Part shown: positions 9,462 to 20,814 of the stretch, piece by piece
Layout of the letters: each line of letters begins with the position of its first letter
Position numbering within the stretch: the first letter of the stretch is position 1
Assembly: GCA_965227145.1 (NCBI GenBank)
Contig: OZ245730.1
Span: 2,243,661 to 2,307,660 of the forward strand
Direction: 5' to 3'
DNA: 64,000 nt
Source: Calditrichia bacterium
GTDB taxonomy: Bacteria; Calditrichota; Calditrichia; RBG-13-44-9; J075
Position numbers and translations under genes: made by a program
Notes under the pieces: model-generated
What the model was told of the DNA's origin: nothing
Databases searched by the model: none
Seen by the model: only the letters and a program-made list of their open reading frames with translations

Positions 9462-10691
9462 ATGCCAAAACTTAGTTCAAAAGATTATATGGAGATGGAG
9501 AGTCGTTATGGTGCACACAACTATCACCCGCTGGAAGTCGTTCTCGCCAAAGGAAAAGGCGTTTGGGTGTGGGATGTGGAAGGCGAAAAATACATGGACT
9601 TCCTCTCTGCTTACAGCGCTGTAAATCAGGGTCATTGCCATCCAAAAATATTGAATGCGATGGTCGAGCAAGCCCAAACGCTCGCGCTCACATCCCGCGC
9701 ATTTTACAATAATGTTTTGGGTGAATACGAAAAATATGTAACCGAACTGTTCGGCTACGACAAAGTGTTGCCGATGAACACCGGTGTCGAAGGTGTTGAA
9801 ACCGCCATCAAGCTTGCCCGGAAATGGGCGTATGACGTAAAAGGCGTGCCCAACAATCAGGCAAAAGTTGTCTTCGCTGAAGGAAATTTTCATGGCAGAA
9901 CGCTGACCATCGTTTCTGCATCCACGGACCCGGATTGCAAAGAGGGATTTGGCCCGTATATGCCCGGCATCGAAGTGATTCCCTACAACGATACCGATGC
10001 GCTGGCCAAAGCGCTGGAAGACCCGAATGTTTGTGCATTTCTGGTGGAGCCGATTCAGGGCGAAGCCGGTGTAATGGTGCCGGATAACGGCTATCTCAAA
10101 AAAGCGCACGAGTTGTGCAAATCCAAAAATGTGCTGCTCATTTGCGACGAAGTGCAAACCGGATTGTGCCGGACCGGCAAAATGCTCGCTTCCGATCACG
10201 AAGGTATTCGCCCCGATATGATTATTTTGGGGAAAGCGTTGTCCGGCGGCATGCTGCCCGTATCTGCTGTGCTCTGCGATGACGAAATTATGCTGACCAT
10301 CAAACCCGGACAGCACGGCTCCACTTATGGCGGCAATCCGCTGGCATGCCGGGTCGCCATTGCATCGCTGGAGGTTTTGCTGGAAGAAAAACTGGCAGAA
10401 AACGCCGAACGGTTGGGCAACCATTTCCGGGCTGAAGTGCAGAAAATGGTCGATAAATACCCGCATGTCACGCTGGTGCGCGGGAAAGGATTGCTGAACG
10501 CCATCGTTATCGAACCGACCAAAGATGGCAAAACCGCGTGGGATGTTTGTGTTGAACTGAAAAACCACGGTTTGCTGGCGAAGCCGACCCATACCCATAT
10601 TATCCGTTTCGCGCCACCGCTGATTATTAATGATGAAGAAATTAACTGGGCGCTCGAACGCATCGAAACGGTGCTCAAAAAATTCAATTAA
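9462..10691 (+). CDS. rocD: Ornithine aminotransferase (class III PLP aminotransferase).
   Basis: [17 protein letters not shown]...[15 protein letters not shown] is nearly identical to the eukaryotic/bacterial OAT signature. The PLP lysine context is present. GGAGG ribosome-binding site. Confidence 0.85.
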   Translation: MPKLSSKDYMEMESRYGAHNYHPLEVVLAKGKGVWVWDVEGEKYMDFLSAYSAVNQGHCHPKILNAMVEQAQTLALTSRAFYNNVLGEYEKYVTELFGYDKVLPMNTGVEGVETAIKLARKWAYDVKGVPNNQAKVVFAEGNFHGRTLTIVSASTDPDCKEGFGPYMPGIEVIPYNDTDALAKALEDPNVCAFLVEPIQGEAGVMVPDNGYLKKAHELCKSKNVLLICDEVQTGLCRTGKMLASDHEGIRPDMIILGKALSGGMLPVSAVLCDDEIMLTIKPGQHGSTYGGNPLACRVAIASLEVLLEEKLAENAERLGNHFRAEVQKMVDKYPHVTLVRGKGLLNAIVIEPTKDGKTAWDVCVELKNHGLLAKPTHTHIIRFAPPLIINDEEINWALERIETVLKKFN

Positions 10692-10722
10692 GCGACGAAT
10701 TGAATTTGCAACTGATCTTCAA

Positions 10723-10780
10723 ATGCCTCAAACCTGTTTTAAATTTTAAATATTGAAGCGGTTTGAGGCATCATTTTTAG
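10723..10780 (+). terminator. Long hairpin terminator after rocD.
   Basis: A 12-bp perfect inverted repeat ATGCCTCAAACC ... GGTTTGAGGCAT with a 25-nt AT-rich loop, followed by CATTTTT. Confidence 0.6.
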
Positions 10781-10841
10781 TAGGATTTTTTTACGCGACA
10801 ATTGTAATTGACAACTGATAATTGACAAAACAGGAGGCTCC

Positions 10842-11777
10842 ATGAAAATATTGATATCTGACAAATCTTCGCCCGTTTGCGAGCAAATTTTGCGCGATGC
10901 CGGACACGATGTCGATGTAAACACCGGGCTTTCGCCGGAAGAACTGGCGAAAACAATTCCCGCATATCACGGATTAATTGTTCGCAGCGCCACCAAAGTT
11001 ACCTGCGAAATCATCGATGCAGCCAAATCGTTGAAGTTGATCGGGCGCGCCGGAACCGGTGTGGACAACATCGACGTAGCTTACGCCCGCGAACGCGATA
11101 TTGTGGTAATGAACACGCCCGGCGGCAACAGCAACGCCGTAGCCGAACTGACGCTTGCGCAAATGCTCAATCTCGCACGAGATGTGTTCAACGCGACAAC
11201 ATCAATCAAAGCGCATCGCTGGGAAAAGAAAAATTTCAAAGGATACGAGATTTCCGGCAAAACGCTCGGACTGCTCGGCTACGGCCGGGTGAGCCGGTTG
11301 CTCGGTCAAAAAGCGCTGGCGCTCGGCATGACCGTGCTGTGTTTCGATCCCAAAATCGCCAAAAATATCGAAGATTGCGATGGCATTCAACTGGTTGCAA
11401 GTGTGGATGATGTGTTGCAAAAAGCAGATTATTTATCGATGAACCTGACCCGGCGCGATGACACGCGAAACTTCCTCGGCAAAGCCGAATTCTCAAAAAT
11501 GAAGCGCGGTTCATATTTCTTGAATGGCGCACGTGGCGGTTTGGTCGATGAAAAAGCGCTGCTTGCCGCGCTCGATGACGGCACTTTGGCCGGCGCAGCA
11601 CTGGACGTTTTCGAAGCCGAGCCACCGGTTGATTTCACGCTGATCGATCACCCGAAAGTGATTTGCACACCGCATATCGGCGCGGCAAGTTTCGAAGCGC
11701 AGGAAAATGTCGCGGCTGCTGTCGCGCATCAATTCGCAGATTTTTTCGCCGGAAAAGGTGCGACAAACGCCGTTTGA
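10842..11777 (+). CDS. serA: D-3-phosphoglycerate dehydrogenase-like 2-hydroxyacid dehydrogenase (short form without an ACT domain).
   Basis: LIVRSATKV...IGRAGTGVDNIDV, the NAD-binding GLLGYGRVS and the catalytic region GARGGLVDE...TPHIGA are present. It is collinear with SerA N-terminal and catalytic domains. Confidence 0.75.
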   Translation: MKILISDKSSPVCEQILRDAGHDVDVNTGLSPEELAKTIPAYHGLIVRSATKVTCEIIDAAKSLKLIGRAGTGVDNIDVAYARERDIVVMNTPGGNSNAVAELTLAQMLNLARDVFNATTSIKAHRWEKKNFKGYEISGKTLGLLGYGRVSRLLGQKALALGMTVLCFDPKIAKNIEDCDGIQLVASVDDVLQKADYLSMNLTRRDDTRNFLGKAEFSKMKRGSYFLNGARGGLVDEKALLAALDDGTLAGAALDVFEAEPPVDFTLIDHPKVICTPHIGAASFEAQENVAAAVAHQFADFFAGKGATNAV

Positions 11778-11906
11778 GTTTCCCGAAACTTTCGAAATTT
11801 AAGAAATAATTGTAAAATCCACCGGTACGGGTTTATATTCCTTTGTTACAGATTTGATAACCAAAATCAGCAACAAATAATGAATTCATTATAAGGAGTT
11901 ACAACG

Positions 11907-12797
11907 TTGAGCATGTTAACAAACAAAGATTTTCAGGTCAAAGTAGGGTTGGCTGAAATGCTCAAAGGCGGCGTAATTATGGACGTCACCAACGCCGAAC
12001 AAGCCAAAATTGCCGAAGACGCCGGCGCAGTTGCCGTAATGGCGCTGGAGCGAATTCCTGCAGATATCCGTTCGCAGGGCGGCGTTGCGCGTATGAGCAA
12101 TCCCCGTTTGATCAAAGAAATCCAGAAAACTGTTTCGATTCCCGTAATGGCGAAAGTCCGTATCGGTCACTTTGCGGAAGCACAAATTTTACAATCACTT
12201 GGCATCGATTTTATCGACGAAAGCGAAGTGCTCACACCCGCCGATGAAGAATATCATGTTGACAAATTTGCCTACAAAGCGCCGTTCGTTTGTGGCTGCC
12301 GGGAAATCGGCGAAGCCCTTCGTCGGATCGGCGAGGGCGCGGCGTTGTTGCGCACAAAAGGTGAAGCCGGTACCGGAAACATCGTGGAAGCCGTTCGGCA
12401 CATGCGTTCTGTTCAGCGGGAAATCAAGCGCATCACCACGTTAGGCAACGAAGAATTGGTCACCTACGCAAAAGGCATTGGTGCGCCGGTGGATCTGGTT
12501 CGCTACGTTCAGGAAAACGGCAAATTGCCGGTTCCGAACTTTGCGGCCGGCGGCATCGCAACCCCGGCAGACGCATCGTTGATGATGCAGTTGGGCGCCG
12601 AATCCGTTTTCGTCGGCAGTGGCATTTTCAAATCGGATGATCCGGCGGAACGCGCCCGCGCTATCGTTTTGGCGACTACCCATTTCAACGATCCGGATAT
12701 TGTCTGCAAAGCCTCCGAAGGCCTGCGCGATGCCATGCCCGGTCTGGAAATCGGCGAAATTCCCGAAAACCAGATTATGCAAAACCGTGGCTGGTAA
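11907..12797 (+). CDS. pdxS: Pyridoxal 5'-phosphate synthase lyase subunit PdxS.
   Basis: [14 protein letters not shown]...[20 protein letters not shown] is highly conserved PdxS. The start is a TTG 8 nt after AAGGAG; an alternative ATG lies at 11913. Confidence 0.9.
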   Translation: MSMLTNKDFQVKVGLAEMLKGGVIMDVTNAEQAKIAEDAGAVAVMALERIPADIRSQGGVARMSNPRLIKEIQKTVSIPVMAKVRIGHFAEAQILQSLGIDFIDESEVLTPADEEYHVDKFAYKAPFVCGCREIGEALRRIGEGAALLRTKGEAGTGNIVEAVRHMRSVQREIKRITTLGNEELVTYAKGIGAPVDLVRYVQENGKLPVPNFAAGGIATPADASLMMQLGAESVFVGSGIFKSDDPAERARAIVLATTHFNDPDIVCKASEGLRDAMPGLEIGEIPENQIMQNRGW

Positions 12798-12834
12798 TTC
12801 CGGAACTGACGGAAAAAGAATTGAATTTTACCCG

Positions 12835-12869
12835 AGCAGCGCAATTTATTTTGCGCTGCTTCTTTTTTT
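12835..12869 (+). terminator. Terminator-like hairpin between pdxS and pdxT.
   Basis: AGCAGCGCAA-tttatt-TTGCGCTGCT followed by TCTTTTTTT. Confidence 0.6.
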
Positions 12870-12899
12870 GGCTAAAATTAGAAATCAGGAGATGATCAG

Positions 12900-13475
12900 A
12901 TGCGATTGGGTGTTTTGGCGCTGCAGGGCGATTTTTATCTACATTTTGAACGCATTCGCGAACTCGGCATCGATGCCGCATATGTGAAAAAACCGAATGA
13001 ATTGTGGGATTGCCACGGGTTGATTATTCCCGGCGGCGAATCTACAACTCTGGTTAAATTGCTGAAAAATATTGATTTATACGATGAAATTCCCAAATTC
13101 AACAAAAGATTTCCGGTATTCGGCACATGCGCCGGCGCAATTTTGCTCAGCCAACATGTGACCAATCATCCGGTGGAATCGTTCAAATTACTGGATGTGG
13201 ATATCGAGCGAAATGCCTACGGCACGCAAATCGATTCCTTTTTTGAAGATATCGCACTGGACTTCGGCGGACAGCCGGAAACGGTGGAAGCCGTGTTTAT
13301 TCGCGCACCCAAATTTACGCGAATCGGTGAAAACGTGCGGATTTTGGCACGGCACAACGGCGATGTGGTGATGGTGGAAAGCGAAAATGCAATGGCAGCC
13401 ACGTTTCACCCGGAGCTGACCAAATCTACCCGCATTCACGAATATTTTGCGGATAAAGTTCGTAAGTGTCTGTAA
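12900..13475 (+). CDS. pdxT: Pyridoxal 5'-phosphate synthase glutaminase subunit PdxT.
   Basis: MRLGVLALQGD...HGLIIPGGESTT...GTCAG is a class I glutamine amidotransferase of PdxT type. AGGAG ribosome-binding site. Confidence 0.9.
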   Translation: MRLGVLALQGDFYLHFERIRELGIDAAYVKKPNELWDCHGLIIPGGESTTLVKLLKNIDLYDEIPKFNKRFPVFGTCAGAILLSQHVTNHPVESFKLLDVDIERNAYGTQIDSFFEDIALDFGGQPETVEAVFIRAPKFTRIGENVRILARHNGDVVMVESENAMAATFHPELTKSTRIHEYFADKVRKCL

Positions 13476-13503
13476 ATATTTTTTTTGTTAAAAATCATTT
13501 TGA

Positions 13504-13545
13504 ATAAAAAAAGCCCGGCTGAAATCAACCGGGCTTTTGCTTTTT
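13504..13545. terminator. Bidirectional rho-independent terminator between the convergent pdxT and the C25 peptidase gene.
   Basis: AAGCCCGG-ctgaaatcaa-CCGGGCTT flanked by an A-tract upstream and TTGCTTTTT downstream. Confidence 0.75.
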
Positions 13546-13558
13546 AATGTCGAATTTG

Positions 13559-16500
13559 CTATCGCGTAATGGCAAGTTTCTCAATTTTTTCCAGCGTTTT
13601 CTCGCCGTCATCAACCACTACTTTGTAAAGATAGACACCGTTTGCAACCAGATCGCCATCTTCATCGCGCCCGTCCCAGGTTATTTTATTGAATCCTGCG
13701 CGGGCGGTATCGCGAATTTCACGAATCAATCGGCCGTAAACCGTGTAAATTTTGATGCTCGCTTCGCCAATGCCGTTCGGTGATTGATATTGAAATGTGA
13801 ACGTCGTTTCATCAGCAAAAGGGTTCGGGTAATTGATCACCCGGTCGAGCATCAGATTGCTGGCGGATGCCGTCGTAAAACTCAGCTGCGATTCGGAATA
13901 ATTGTTCAAATTATCCCACGCGGAGATTTTGAGGGTGTGCGTACCGTTGGAAAGGGTAGGGAGGGCGTAGCGCAATTTGCCGCTGGTAAAGCTGTTGACA
14001 TCGTAAACAAAAAATTCTGTGACATCTTTTCGAATGTTGTCATCGATAATCAGCTCGATGCGGTGCCCGACTTCGCCGGTGAGGTTGATGCCGTTCTCAT
14101 CGACCAATTCCACCACCAATTCCGATTGTTGCTGAACATAATCGCCGTCAAAAAAATCGGGCTGTTCGGCAAATGAGAAATCGATGCCGGGACCTTCTGC
14201 ATCAACAACCTGGCTGGCTGTTCCGAAAAACAGCAAATCATTTTCAAATCCGGCGGCGTCGCCATCGTCGCTCCATGCGTAAATGCTCAATCTGCCGGTG
14301 CGTGTGTTCCTGTATTTTATGGATTTAGGCACGATAAATCCGGCATCTTCGATTAAGCCGTTTGTCACCGAAACAACCCCTTTGAAAATGGTGCCGCCCT
14401 GATAAATATACCGGCGATTGATAATGGTGTTGAATACGCTATCCACCGCATCGTAAACGCGGATGAGCGCTTTACCGTTAAAATTGCTGAGAATTTGTCC
14501 GGTGCTGTCTGTGATTGCGGCGTTGAGCGAAACCTTGGAGAGCGCTTTCAGCGTATCCGAACCGGCGCTGGTGATGTTATCCACCCGAACAACTTTTTCT
14601 GGATCGGCGAGTTGCAGTGCGACATCGCCAAAAAGGTGGTATTTCTGATCGTTTGTATCGCCGCTTAACGCGATGTTGAACGCATCGCCGAGGACGCGCG
14701 AGCGTCTGGTTTCATCAATATTATAAAATAGCGCGGCAACAAAATCTTCCACGAAAAACAGGTTGTCAAAGGAAAACGTCGGGCGCGATGCCGCCAAAGA
14801 AATAATACCGCCACCTTCCGGTGCCCAAACCATTTCTTCCGCCATCGATGGAATTGCCGGATTGTCATATTTTCCCCATGTGCAGGTTGCGGCAATCCAG
14901 ATCGGCAATCGCCCGGAATTCTGGATGAGCGGCAGATCGCGGGCGCGGGTGAGCGCCTGTTCGTGTGCCCAGGTGTTGGGATCGCCGTGCCCGAAGAAGT
15001 TGACAATCAGCGTGCCGCGATTAATCTGGTTCAATAAATCTGTGGTTGCTTTGGGTTTTTGGCGACCCAAACCGCCGGCCTGGGTATCGTAATCCACTAA
15101 AAATATTTTAGTTACATCAAATTTTTGAGGGATATTCCGGAATATTTTTTCGCTTTGATCGGTGTGATAATATTCCCCGCAACTGCCGCCGCCGGCGCAT
15201 TCGTCATCCGCAACCAATGTGATGGTCGATTGCCATCCGGCGTAAGATTCCTGCGTATTTTTGTATGCATCCTGATATGCCCGCATTTTGTTGATATAGT
15301 TGGTCACATCCGATGGCGAATTGGCGGGCAATCGGGCAATGGGAATTTGCGGATCCAGCCGGCTGATGCTGGTTGCAGCAAATGCGGTGTAAAATAAATC
15401 GGTGCACCGGCTGGTGATGTCATCCTGATATGTGATCTGAAATGTGGGGATGTGATTGACATAATTGGGTTGGGCAATGTTTCTGTAATCGTAGCTGCCA
15501 TCGCCGAGAAGCTGCACATAATGCGGGCGCAGCCGTGCGGGATCTGCGGAATTACTGCCCCAATTTTCATAAGCGTATTTCAGGAAATCGCGAATTGCCG
15601 CAGGATCGCCAACGCCGGATGAAAATTCCAGAAAAATATCGTCAACGAGAATGCGTTCTGCTTCCATTTCGCCGGGAGCCTGATTCTCTTTGAAATTTTC
15701 CCAATCCTGCGCAACATCGTACAGTTCTTTACTGGTGAGAATCAGCAATTTGCCAACGCGATTCGGATCGCGCAAATTGGGACGATTTTCCACCTGTTCG
15801 ATACCGGAAACAGATTTTATCGCGGCATCTGCAAATACATAGTAGCTTTTTTTTGCCGAGCCGATCGGTGTAGCCGGTTGATGGAAGGTGACGGTCGAGC
15901 TGTTGCTCAGCGGCGTGATTTGGCGAACATTCGCGAAATCGCTGACATCCCAAACGCGATTATTGGACGCCGCAAGATTTGTTACAGAAAACGCCACCGG
16001 CGCAGCGCCGATGTCGTAATAAAATTTCAGAAAGTTGTTTTCCGCCTGAAATCGCCGGGGAATCCGTATTTCAAAATAATCCAGAAACATGTAGCTGCCT
16101 TCCAGATTCGCGGTGTAATCCACTGTAAACGAATTTGAACCGGCGTTAAGCGTTGTAATATTAACAGAATTGATCCGTTCGGAGCTGGATGTAAATATAA
16201 TATTATCAGCGATTTGGCTGCCGTTTACCAATAAATCGGTTGTGTAGCGATAGCTGCGATTGTCATACCAATGCGCACCGGAACCGCCCTTTAATCGATA
16301 TGAAAAATTTCCCGCACCGCTAACAATACTATTGGGCAAATTAAACGAGATGCTTTTTTGTTCGGCAGTGCCCTGAAAACGTTCCCAATACCAATCCAGT
16401 CCGGATTCCAGAATGCTGAAATTATCCTCGCTGAAATGAAGCAAATCGGTAAACTGGTCGGGCGTAACCGCACTGGTAATTTGTTGGGATGGGGTAATTT

Positions 16501-17563
16501 CCATCCGTTTTCCAGTGTTTTGGTTGAAAGTGAGCAGGTAGTAATTGGTTGATCCGTATGGATTTATGCTGTAACTCCAATCGTTTCCGCTATTTCGCCA
16601 GCCCTTTGTTGCCCTGCCGAAAAACAGGATCGATTCACCGGCGTCCAGCAGTCCGTTGCTGTTGGCATCGTTAACGGAAATGGCGACCTCGTTCAAATCT
16701 TCCGGGCGCGAAGTGGCTGCGCCAACGGGCAGCGGATCGCCACCGTGATTAAACATTTGGATGGTTGTGATATCAACCGTGCTCAAATTTACACCCTGAT
16801 CCTGCAGGTTAGATCCGGTAATCCGGTAAATACCTTCTTCGGAAACGGGGATTTTGAGCCATGTGCCGCTGTTCAGGCTGTAATCGACGGTGGTGCGCTG
16901 CAGCGCAGATTTTTGCGGTAAACCCCAGTTTTTGCTGGCTTCATAATTCAGCAACCGTCTGCGATGGTAATCTTGCTCGACATCGGAAATTGTTGCGGTT
17001 CGAGCGGCAAGCTGTCCACCGCTGAGATCGATGCGAATCCGAATTTTTTTGATCACCCGTAAACTTTGCGCAGCCGGCAAATACTGAACCGGTTGAATAT
17101 GTAATGCAACCGTTCGCATAAAACGCACATCTGCAGGTTCAGTTATTTCAACAATCGTTGCGGGAAAAGGGGCTGCGCCGCTGTAAATACTTTCGTCCAA
17201 ACGAACCGTTTCCGGCGTTTTCACGCCCACAGACGGAATGCCGGGCAGGGCAATTTTACCGGAATATTCTTCCTGACCGAGAATTTCGTAGCTCATTTTT
17301 GCTGCGGCACCTGGTGGAATCGCAAGATTGGCAATTGAAAATGGGAGCATCGGTGCGCCGGGTTGGCGAATCATCCGTGCACCGTCATAATCGATCCGGG
17401 TGTAGGTTTGCCCATCCAGTTCAATTTCGGAAAGCTGCGGAGCGGGAAGGCTGAACTCGACGATAATCTGCCGCGTAGTATTCTCGATCAATCGTGTTTG
17501 TGCTGTAACAATTGTGCTGGCAGCAATCCAGATCAGCAATCCTGTAAGGCATTTATTAAACAT
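13559..17563 (-). CDS. Giant secreted cysteine peptidase of family C25 (gingipain/PorU-like) with a T9SS C-terminal sorting domain.
   Basis: A signal peptide (MFNKCLTGLLIWIAASTIVTAQT) follows an AGGAG site. The C25 catalytic dyad motifs are FFGHGDPNTWAHE (His) and LPIWIAATCTWGKYD (Cys). The C-terminus NYPNPFADETTFTFQ...GVYLYKVVVDD...KIEKLAITR is a typical T9SS type A C-terminal domain. Its ~1330 aa size resembles PorU. Confidence 0.7.
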   Translation of the reverse strand: MFNKCLTGLLIWIAASTIVTAQTRLIENTTRQIIVEFSLPAPQLSEIELDGQTYTRIDYDGARMIRQPGAPMLPFSIANLAIPPGAAAKMSYEILGQEEYSGKIALPGIPSVGVKTPETVRLDESIYSGAAPFPATIVEITEPADVRFMRTVALHIQPVQYLPAAQSLRVIKKIRIRIDLSGGQLAARTATISDVEQDYHRRRLLNYEASKNWGLPQKSALQRTTVDYSLNSGTWLKIPVSEEGIYRITGSNLQDQGVNLSTVDITTIQMFNHGGDPLPVGAATSRPEDLNEVAISVNDANSNGLLDAGESILFFGRATKGWRNSGNDWSYSINPYGSTNYYLLTFNQNTGKRMEITPSQQITSAVTPDQFTDLLHFSEDNFSILESGLDWYWERFQGTAEQKSISFNLPNSIVSGAGNFSYRLKGGSGAHWYDNRSYRYTTDLLVNGSQIADNIIFTSSSERINSVNITTLNAGSNSFTVDYTANLEGSYMFLDYFEIRIPRRFQAENNFLKFYYDIGAAPVAFSVTNLAASNNRVWDVSDFANVRQITPLSNSSTVTFHQPATPIGSAKKSYYVFADAAIKSVSGIEQVENRPNLRDPNRVGKLLILTSKELYDVAQDWENFKENQAPGEMEAERILVDDIFLEFSSGVGDPAAIRDFLKYAYENWGSNSADPARLRPHYVQLLGDGSYDYRNIAQPNYVNHIPTFQITYQDDITSRCTDLFYTAFAATSISRLDPQIPIARLPANSPSDVTNYINKMRAYQDAYKNTQESYAGWQSTITLVADDECAGGGSCGEYYHTDQSEKIFRNIPQKFDVTKIFLVDYDTQAGGLGRQKPKATTDLLNQINRGTLIVNFFGHGDPNTWAHEQALTRARDLPLIQNSGRLPIWIAATCTWGKYDNPAIPSMAEEMVWAPEGGGIISLAASRPTFSFDNLFFVEDFVAALFYNIDETRRSRVLGDAFNIALSGDTNDQKYHLFGDVALQLADPEKVVRVDNITSAGSDTLKALSKVSLNAAITDSTGQILSNFNGKALIRVYDAVDSVFNTIINRRYIYQGGTIFKGVVSVTNGLIEDAGFIVPKSIKYRNTRTGRLSIYAWSDDGDAAGFENDLLFFGTASQVVDAEGPGIDFSFAEQPDFFDGDYVQQQSELVVELVDENGINLTGEVGHRIELIIDDNIRKDVTEFFVYDVNSFTSGKLRYALPTLSNGTHTLKISAWDNLNNYSESQLSFTTASASNLMLDRVINYPNPFADETTFTFQYQSPNGIGEASIKIYTVYGRLIREIRDTARAGFNKITWDGRDEDGDLVANGVYLYKVVVDDGEKTLEKIEKLAITR

Positions 17564-18254
17564 GCAGTTACTCCTGAAAATATATCTGTTGAAATACGAT
17601 TTTATGTGCAAATTTTGCTGTATTTTACAATCCGCTTTGGCATAGCCAATTATACTGGATAATCCGGATCAAGTTCATATTCTAATCAATTTAATGAATT
17701 AACACAAGTGTTTGCGAATATCAATCTGATTGCCAAAAATGCGGATTGAATATTTGCTTTCATTTCAATTTTCCCGGTTTGGTGTGCGTAAATAAAAAAA
17801 TCTGAAACCATTTTCTTTTATATTTTTAATTTGTATTTTATGCGCGAAATAAATGCAGAATGTTTTTGAATTTCAATGGGGAAATGAAGTACCAGTATTA
17901 ATCGATGGATGACAAATCAGAAATCATACCAAAAAGCTTATTGTTGTTGCGATTGCTTATAAGATTGATTTCACAAAAAAAAGTTTCATTGTCAATATAC
18001 GATTGTTTATATTTATCATCTTAAAACGAACAGACGGGTAAAACAGCATTCAAATCGATTCCGAATCAATGGAATCACACGTAAACCGGAGATGTGAGCA
18101 TGTGCTCGACTTTTTCGGGATACATCTTTGTGTAAAAATTCATTAACTGATTGATCAACCTTGTCGAAAATATGTTGTTGTTAAAATAAAGTCCTTTTGT
18201 ATAAAAATAGATGTTACGCTGTGTAATGTCTGCTAAAGTAACCGAGAGGAGAAC

Positions 18255-19604
18255 ATGGGAACGATAAAGATTAAACGTGGTTTAGATCTTCCCATTTCCG
18301 GCGCGCCGGAACAAAAAATTTACGATCAACCGGATGTTCGCCAGGTGGCATTGCTGGGTGTGGATTACCTCGGTATGAAACCAACCATGCATGTGGCTAT
18401 CGGCGATGAAGTGAAGCTGGGGCAACTGGTTTGTGTTGACAAAAAGATGCCGTTGGTCAGATACACTTCGCCGGGAACCGGAAAAGTAATGTCCATTCAC
18501 CGTGGTGCAAAGCGCGCTTTTTTATCGATGGTGATTGAACTGAATGGAAAAGATGAAATCACATTCAAAAGCTATTCTGACAGCCAATTGGCTGGCTTAA
18601 GCAAAGAAGTTGTGATGGAGCAGCTGATCGAATCGGGACAATGGCCGGTTTTGCGTCAGCGTCCGTTCTCCAAAGTAGCAAACCCCGAAGACACACCCCA
18701 TTCCATTTTTGTGACAGCGATGGACAGTAATCCGTTGGCGCCAAAAATGAGCACCGTTCTTGCCGGAAAAGAATCGCTTTTTCAGAGTGGGTTGGCAGTT
18801 TTGGGTAAGCTAACTGAAGGAAAAATATATGTTTGCAAATCCCCGGATGAAAATATTCCGGTTGGAAATGCGGAACGTGTTGTCGTCGAAAGCTTTGCCG
18901 GCAAACATCCGGCCGGTTTGGCAGGCACGCATATTCATTTTCTGGATCCAGTCGGACGCCACAAAAAAGTGTGGCATCTCAATGCACAGGATGTTGTGAA
19001 AATCGGGCATCTGTTTACCACCGGAAAAATTATGACCGAACATGTGGTTGCGCTGAGCGGACCGCAGGTGGAAAAACCGCGTTTGGTTAAGACGCGTGTC
19101 GGCGCATCTTTGTTTGAGCTGACTGCCGGATCGTTAAAAGCCGGCGAAAACCGGATTGTTTCCGGATCGGTTCTGTCCGGTCGCACTGCAACGCCGGAAG
19201 TCGGGTTCCTCGGTCGCTTTCATCAACAGATTACCGTTCTTGCCGAAGGCCGTGAAAAACAATTTCTGGGATGGATCGCACCCGGATTTGATAAATATTC
19301 ATTTATTAATCTGGTTGCATCGAAGCTTACCGGAAAAAAATCATTTGATTTTACAACGGCATTGAATGGCGGACACCGGGCAATTGTGCCGATTGGTGTT
19401 TACGAAAAAGTGATGCCTCTGGACATTCTGCCAACCTATCTGCTTCGCTCATTAGCTGTTAACGATGTGGAGGAAGCGGAAAAACTGGGTGCGCTGGAAC
19501 TGGACGAAGAAGACCTGGCACTGTGCACATTTGTTTGCCAGTCTAAAAATGATTACGGTCCAATGCTCAGAGAAAATTTAAAAATCATAGAAAAGGAAGG
19601 GTAA
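18255..19604 (+). CDS. nqrA: Na+-translocating NADH:quinone oxidoreductase subunit A.
   Basis: [20 protein letters not shown] is an NqrA N-terminus. It is the first of six contiguous nqr genes. Confidence 0.85.
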   Translation: MGTIKIKRGLDLPISGAPEQKIYDQPDVRQVALLGVDYLGMKPTMHVAIGDEVKLGQLVCVDKKMPLVRYTSPGTGKVMSIHRGAKRAFLSMVIELNGKDEITFKSYSDSQLAGLSKEVVMEQLIESGQWPVLRQRPFSKVANPEDTPHSIFVTAMDSNPLAPKMSTVLAGKESLFQSGLAVLGKLTEGKIYVCKSPDENIPVGNAERVVVESFAGKHPAGLAGTHIHFLDPVGRHKKVWHLNAQDVVKIGHLFTTGKIMTEHVVALSGPQVEKPRLVKTRVGASLFELTAGSLKAGENRIVSGSVLSGRTATPEVGFLGRFHQQITVLAEGREKQFLGWIAPGFDKYSFINLVASKLTGKKSFDFTTALNGGHRAIVPIGVYEKVMPLDILPTYLLRSLAVNDVEEAEKLGALELDEEDLALCTFVCQSKNDYGPMLRENLKIIEKEG

Positions 19605-19608
19605 GGCG

Positions 19609-20814
19609 GTGAAGTTCTTAAAAGATCTTTTCGCTCAACAGGAAAAGCACTTTCAAAAAGGTGGAAAACTGGAGAAGTTCTATCCGCTTTTCGAGGCGAC
19701 AGAAACCTTCATTTTTACCAGCGGGAAAGTGACAAAAAATGCATCGCATGTCCGTGATTATATGGATCTTAAGCGGGTTATGATGGTGGTTGTGATTGCA
19801 TTGGTTCCTGCTATCGTAATGGCGCTTTACAACACCGGTTATCAGGCGAATTTAGCCATGCAGCAAATGGGGTTAACCTCCGTTGATAACTGGCGCGGAC
19901 CTGTTTTGGAAGCATTGGGAATTGGATACGATCCAAATAACATCCTGTTCAACATGATACACGGTGCGCTGTATTTCCTGCCCGTATATATTGTTACGCT
20001 GGCAGTTGGCGGTATTTTCGAAACCATATTTGCGGTTGTTCGAAAACACGAAATCAACGAAGGTTTTTTGGTTACCTCAATGCTTTTCCCGTTGATTTTG
20101 CCCCCAGATATTCCGCTTTGGCAAGTGGCCATCGGGATTACATTTGGTGTGGTTATCGGCAAAGAAGTTTTTGGCGGCACAGGAATGAATATCCTCAATC
20201 CGGCTTTAACTGCACGGGCATTTTTGTTTTTTGCATATCCGGCAGAGATTTCCGGTGATAAAGTATGGGTTGCCGTTGACGGACTCAGCAAAGCAACCCC
20301 GCTAGCAGAATTTGCAGACCCGACAATCAGCCATGCAACCGCAAGCTGGATGGATGCTTTTTACGGATTTATCCCCGGGTCGATGGGTGAAACATCAACC
20401 CTGGCCTGCATCCTCGGTGCAATCTTTTTGATCTTCTCCGGTGTCGGTTCCTGGCGGATTATGTTGAGCATGTTTCTGGGAATGGTCGGATTTACGACCT
20501 TGCTGAATGTTGTCGGCAGTTCAACCAACCCGATGTTCGCAATGCCCTGGTATTGGCATCTGGTTGTTGGCGGATTTGCATTCGGCACAGTTTTTATGGC
20601 AACCGACCCGGTTAGCGCATCCATGACCGAAAAAGGAAAGTGGTTTTATGGCGCGCTGATTGGCATTTTGGCAGTATTGATTCGCGTAATAAACCCGGCA
20701 TTTCCCGAGGGCGTGATGCTGGCAATACTTTTCGGCAACGTATTCGCGCCGATTATTGATAGAATTTTCCTCAACGCAAATATCAAACGGAGGATGTTGA
20801 GAAGTGCAAGTTGA
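19609..20814 (+). CDS. nqrB: Na+-NQR subunit B.
   Basis: A polytopic membrane protein with the NqrB-type region [15 protein letters not shown] start after GGAAGGG. The position is conserved within the operon. Confidence 0.85.
   Translation: MKFLKDLFAQQEKHFQKGGKLEKFYPLFEATETFIFTSGKVTKNASHVRDYMDLKRVMMVVVIALVPAIVMALYNTGYQANLAMQQMGLTSVDNWRGPVLEALGIGYDPNNILFNMIHGALYFLPVYIVTLAVGGIFETIFAVVRKHEINEGFLVTSMLFPLILPPDIPLWQVAIGITFGVVIGKEVFGGTGMNILNPALTARAFLFFAYPAEISGDKVWVAVDGLSKATPLAEFADPTISHATASWMDAFYGFIPGSMGETSTLACILGAIFLIFSGVGSWRIMLSMFLGMVGFTTLLNVVGSSTNPMFAMPWYWHLVVGGFAFGTVFMATDPVSASMTEKGKWFYGALIGILAVLIRVINPAFPEGVMLAILFGNVFAPIIDRIFLNANIKRRMLRSAS

Noticed and set aside
9477-10598. A 373-aa minus-strand ORF opposite the ornithine aminotransferase gene.
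   Set aside because: An antisense shadow ORF. No motifs. The sense strand encodes a highly conserved OAT.
10801-10830. Tandem AATTGACAA repeats (two TTGACA hexamers) upstream of the serA-like gene, as a regulator site or double -35.
   Set aside because: No properly spaced -10 element for either hexamer, and only two copies. Not enough to call.
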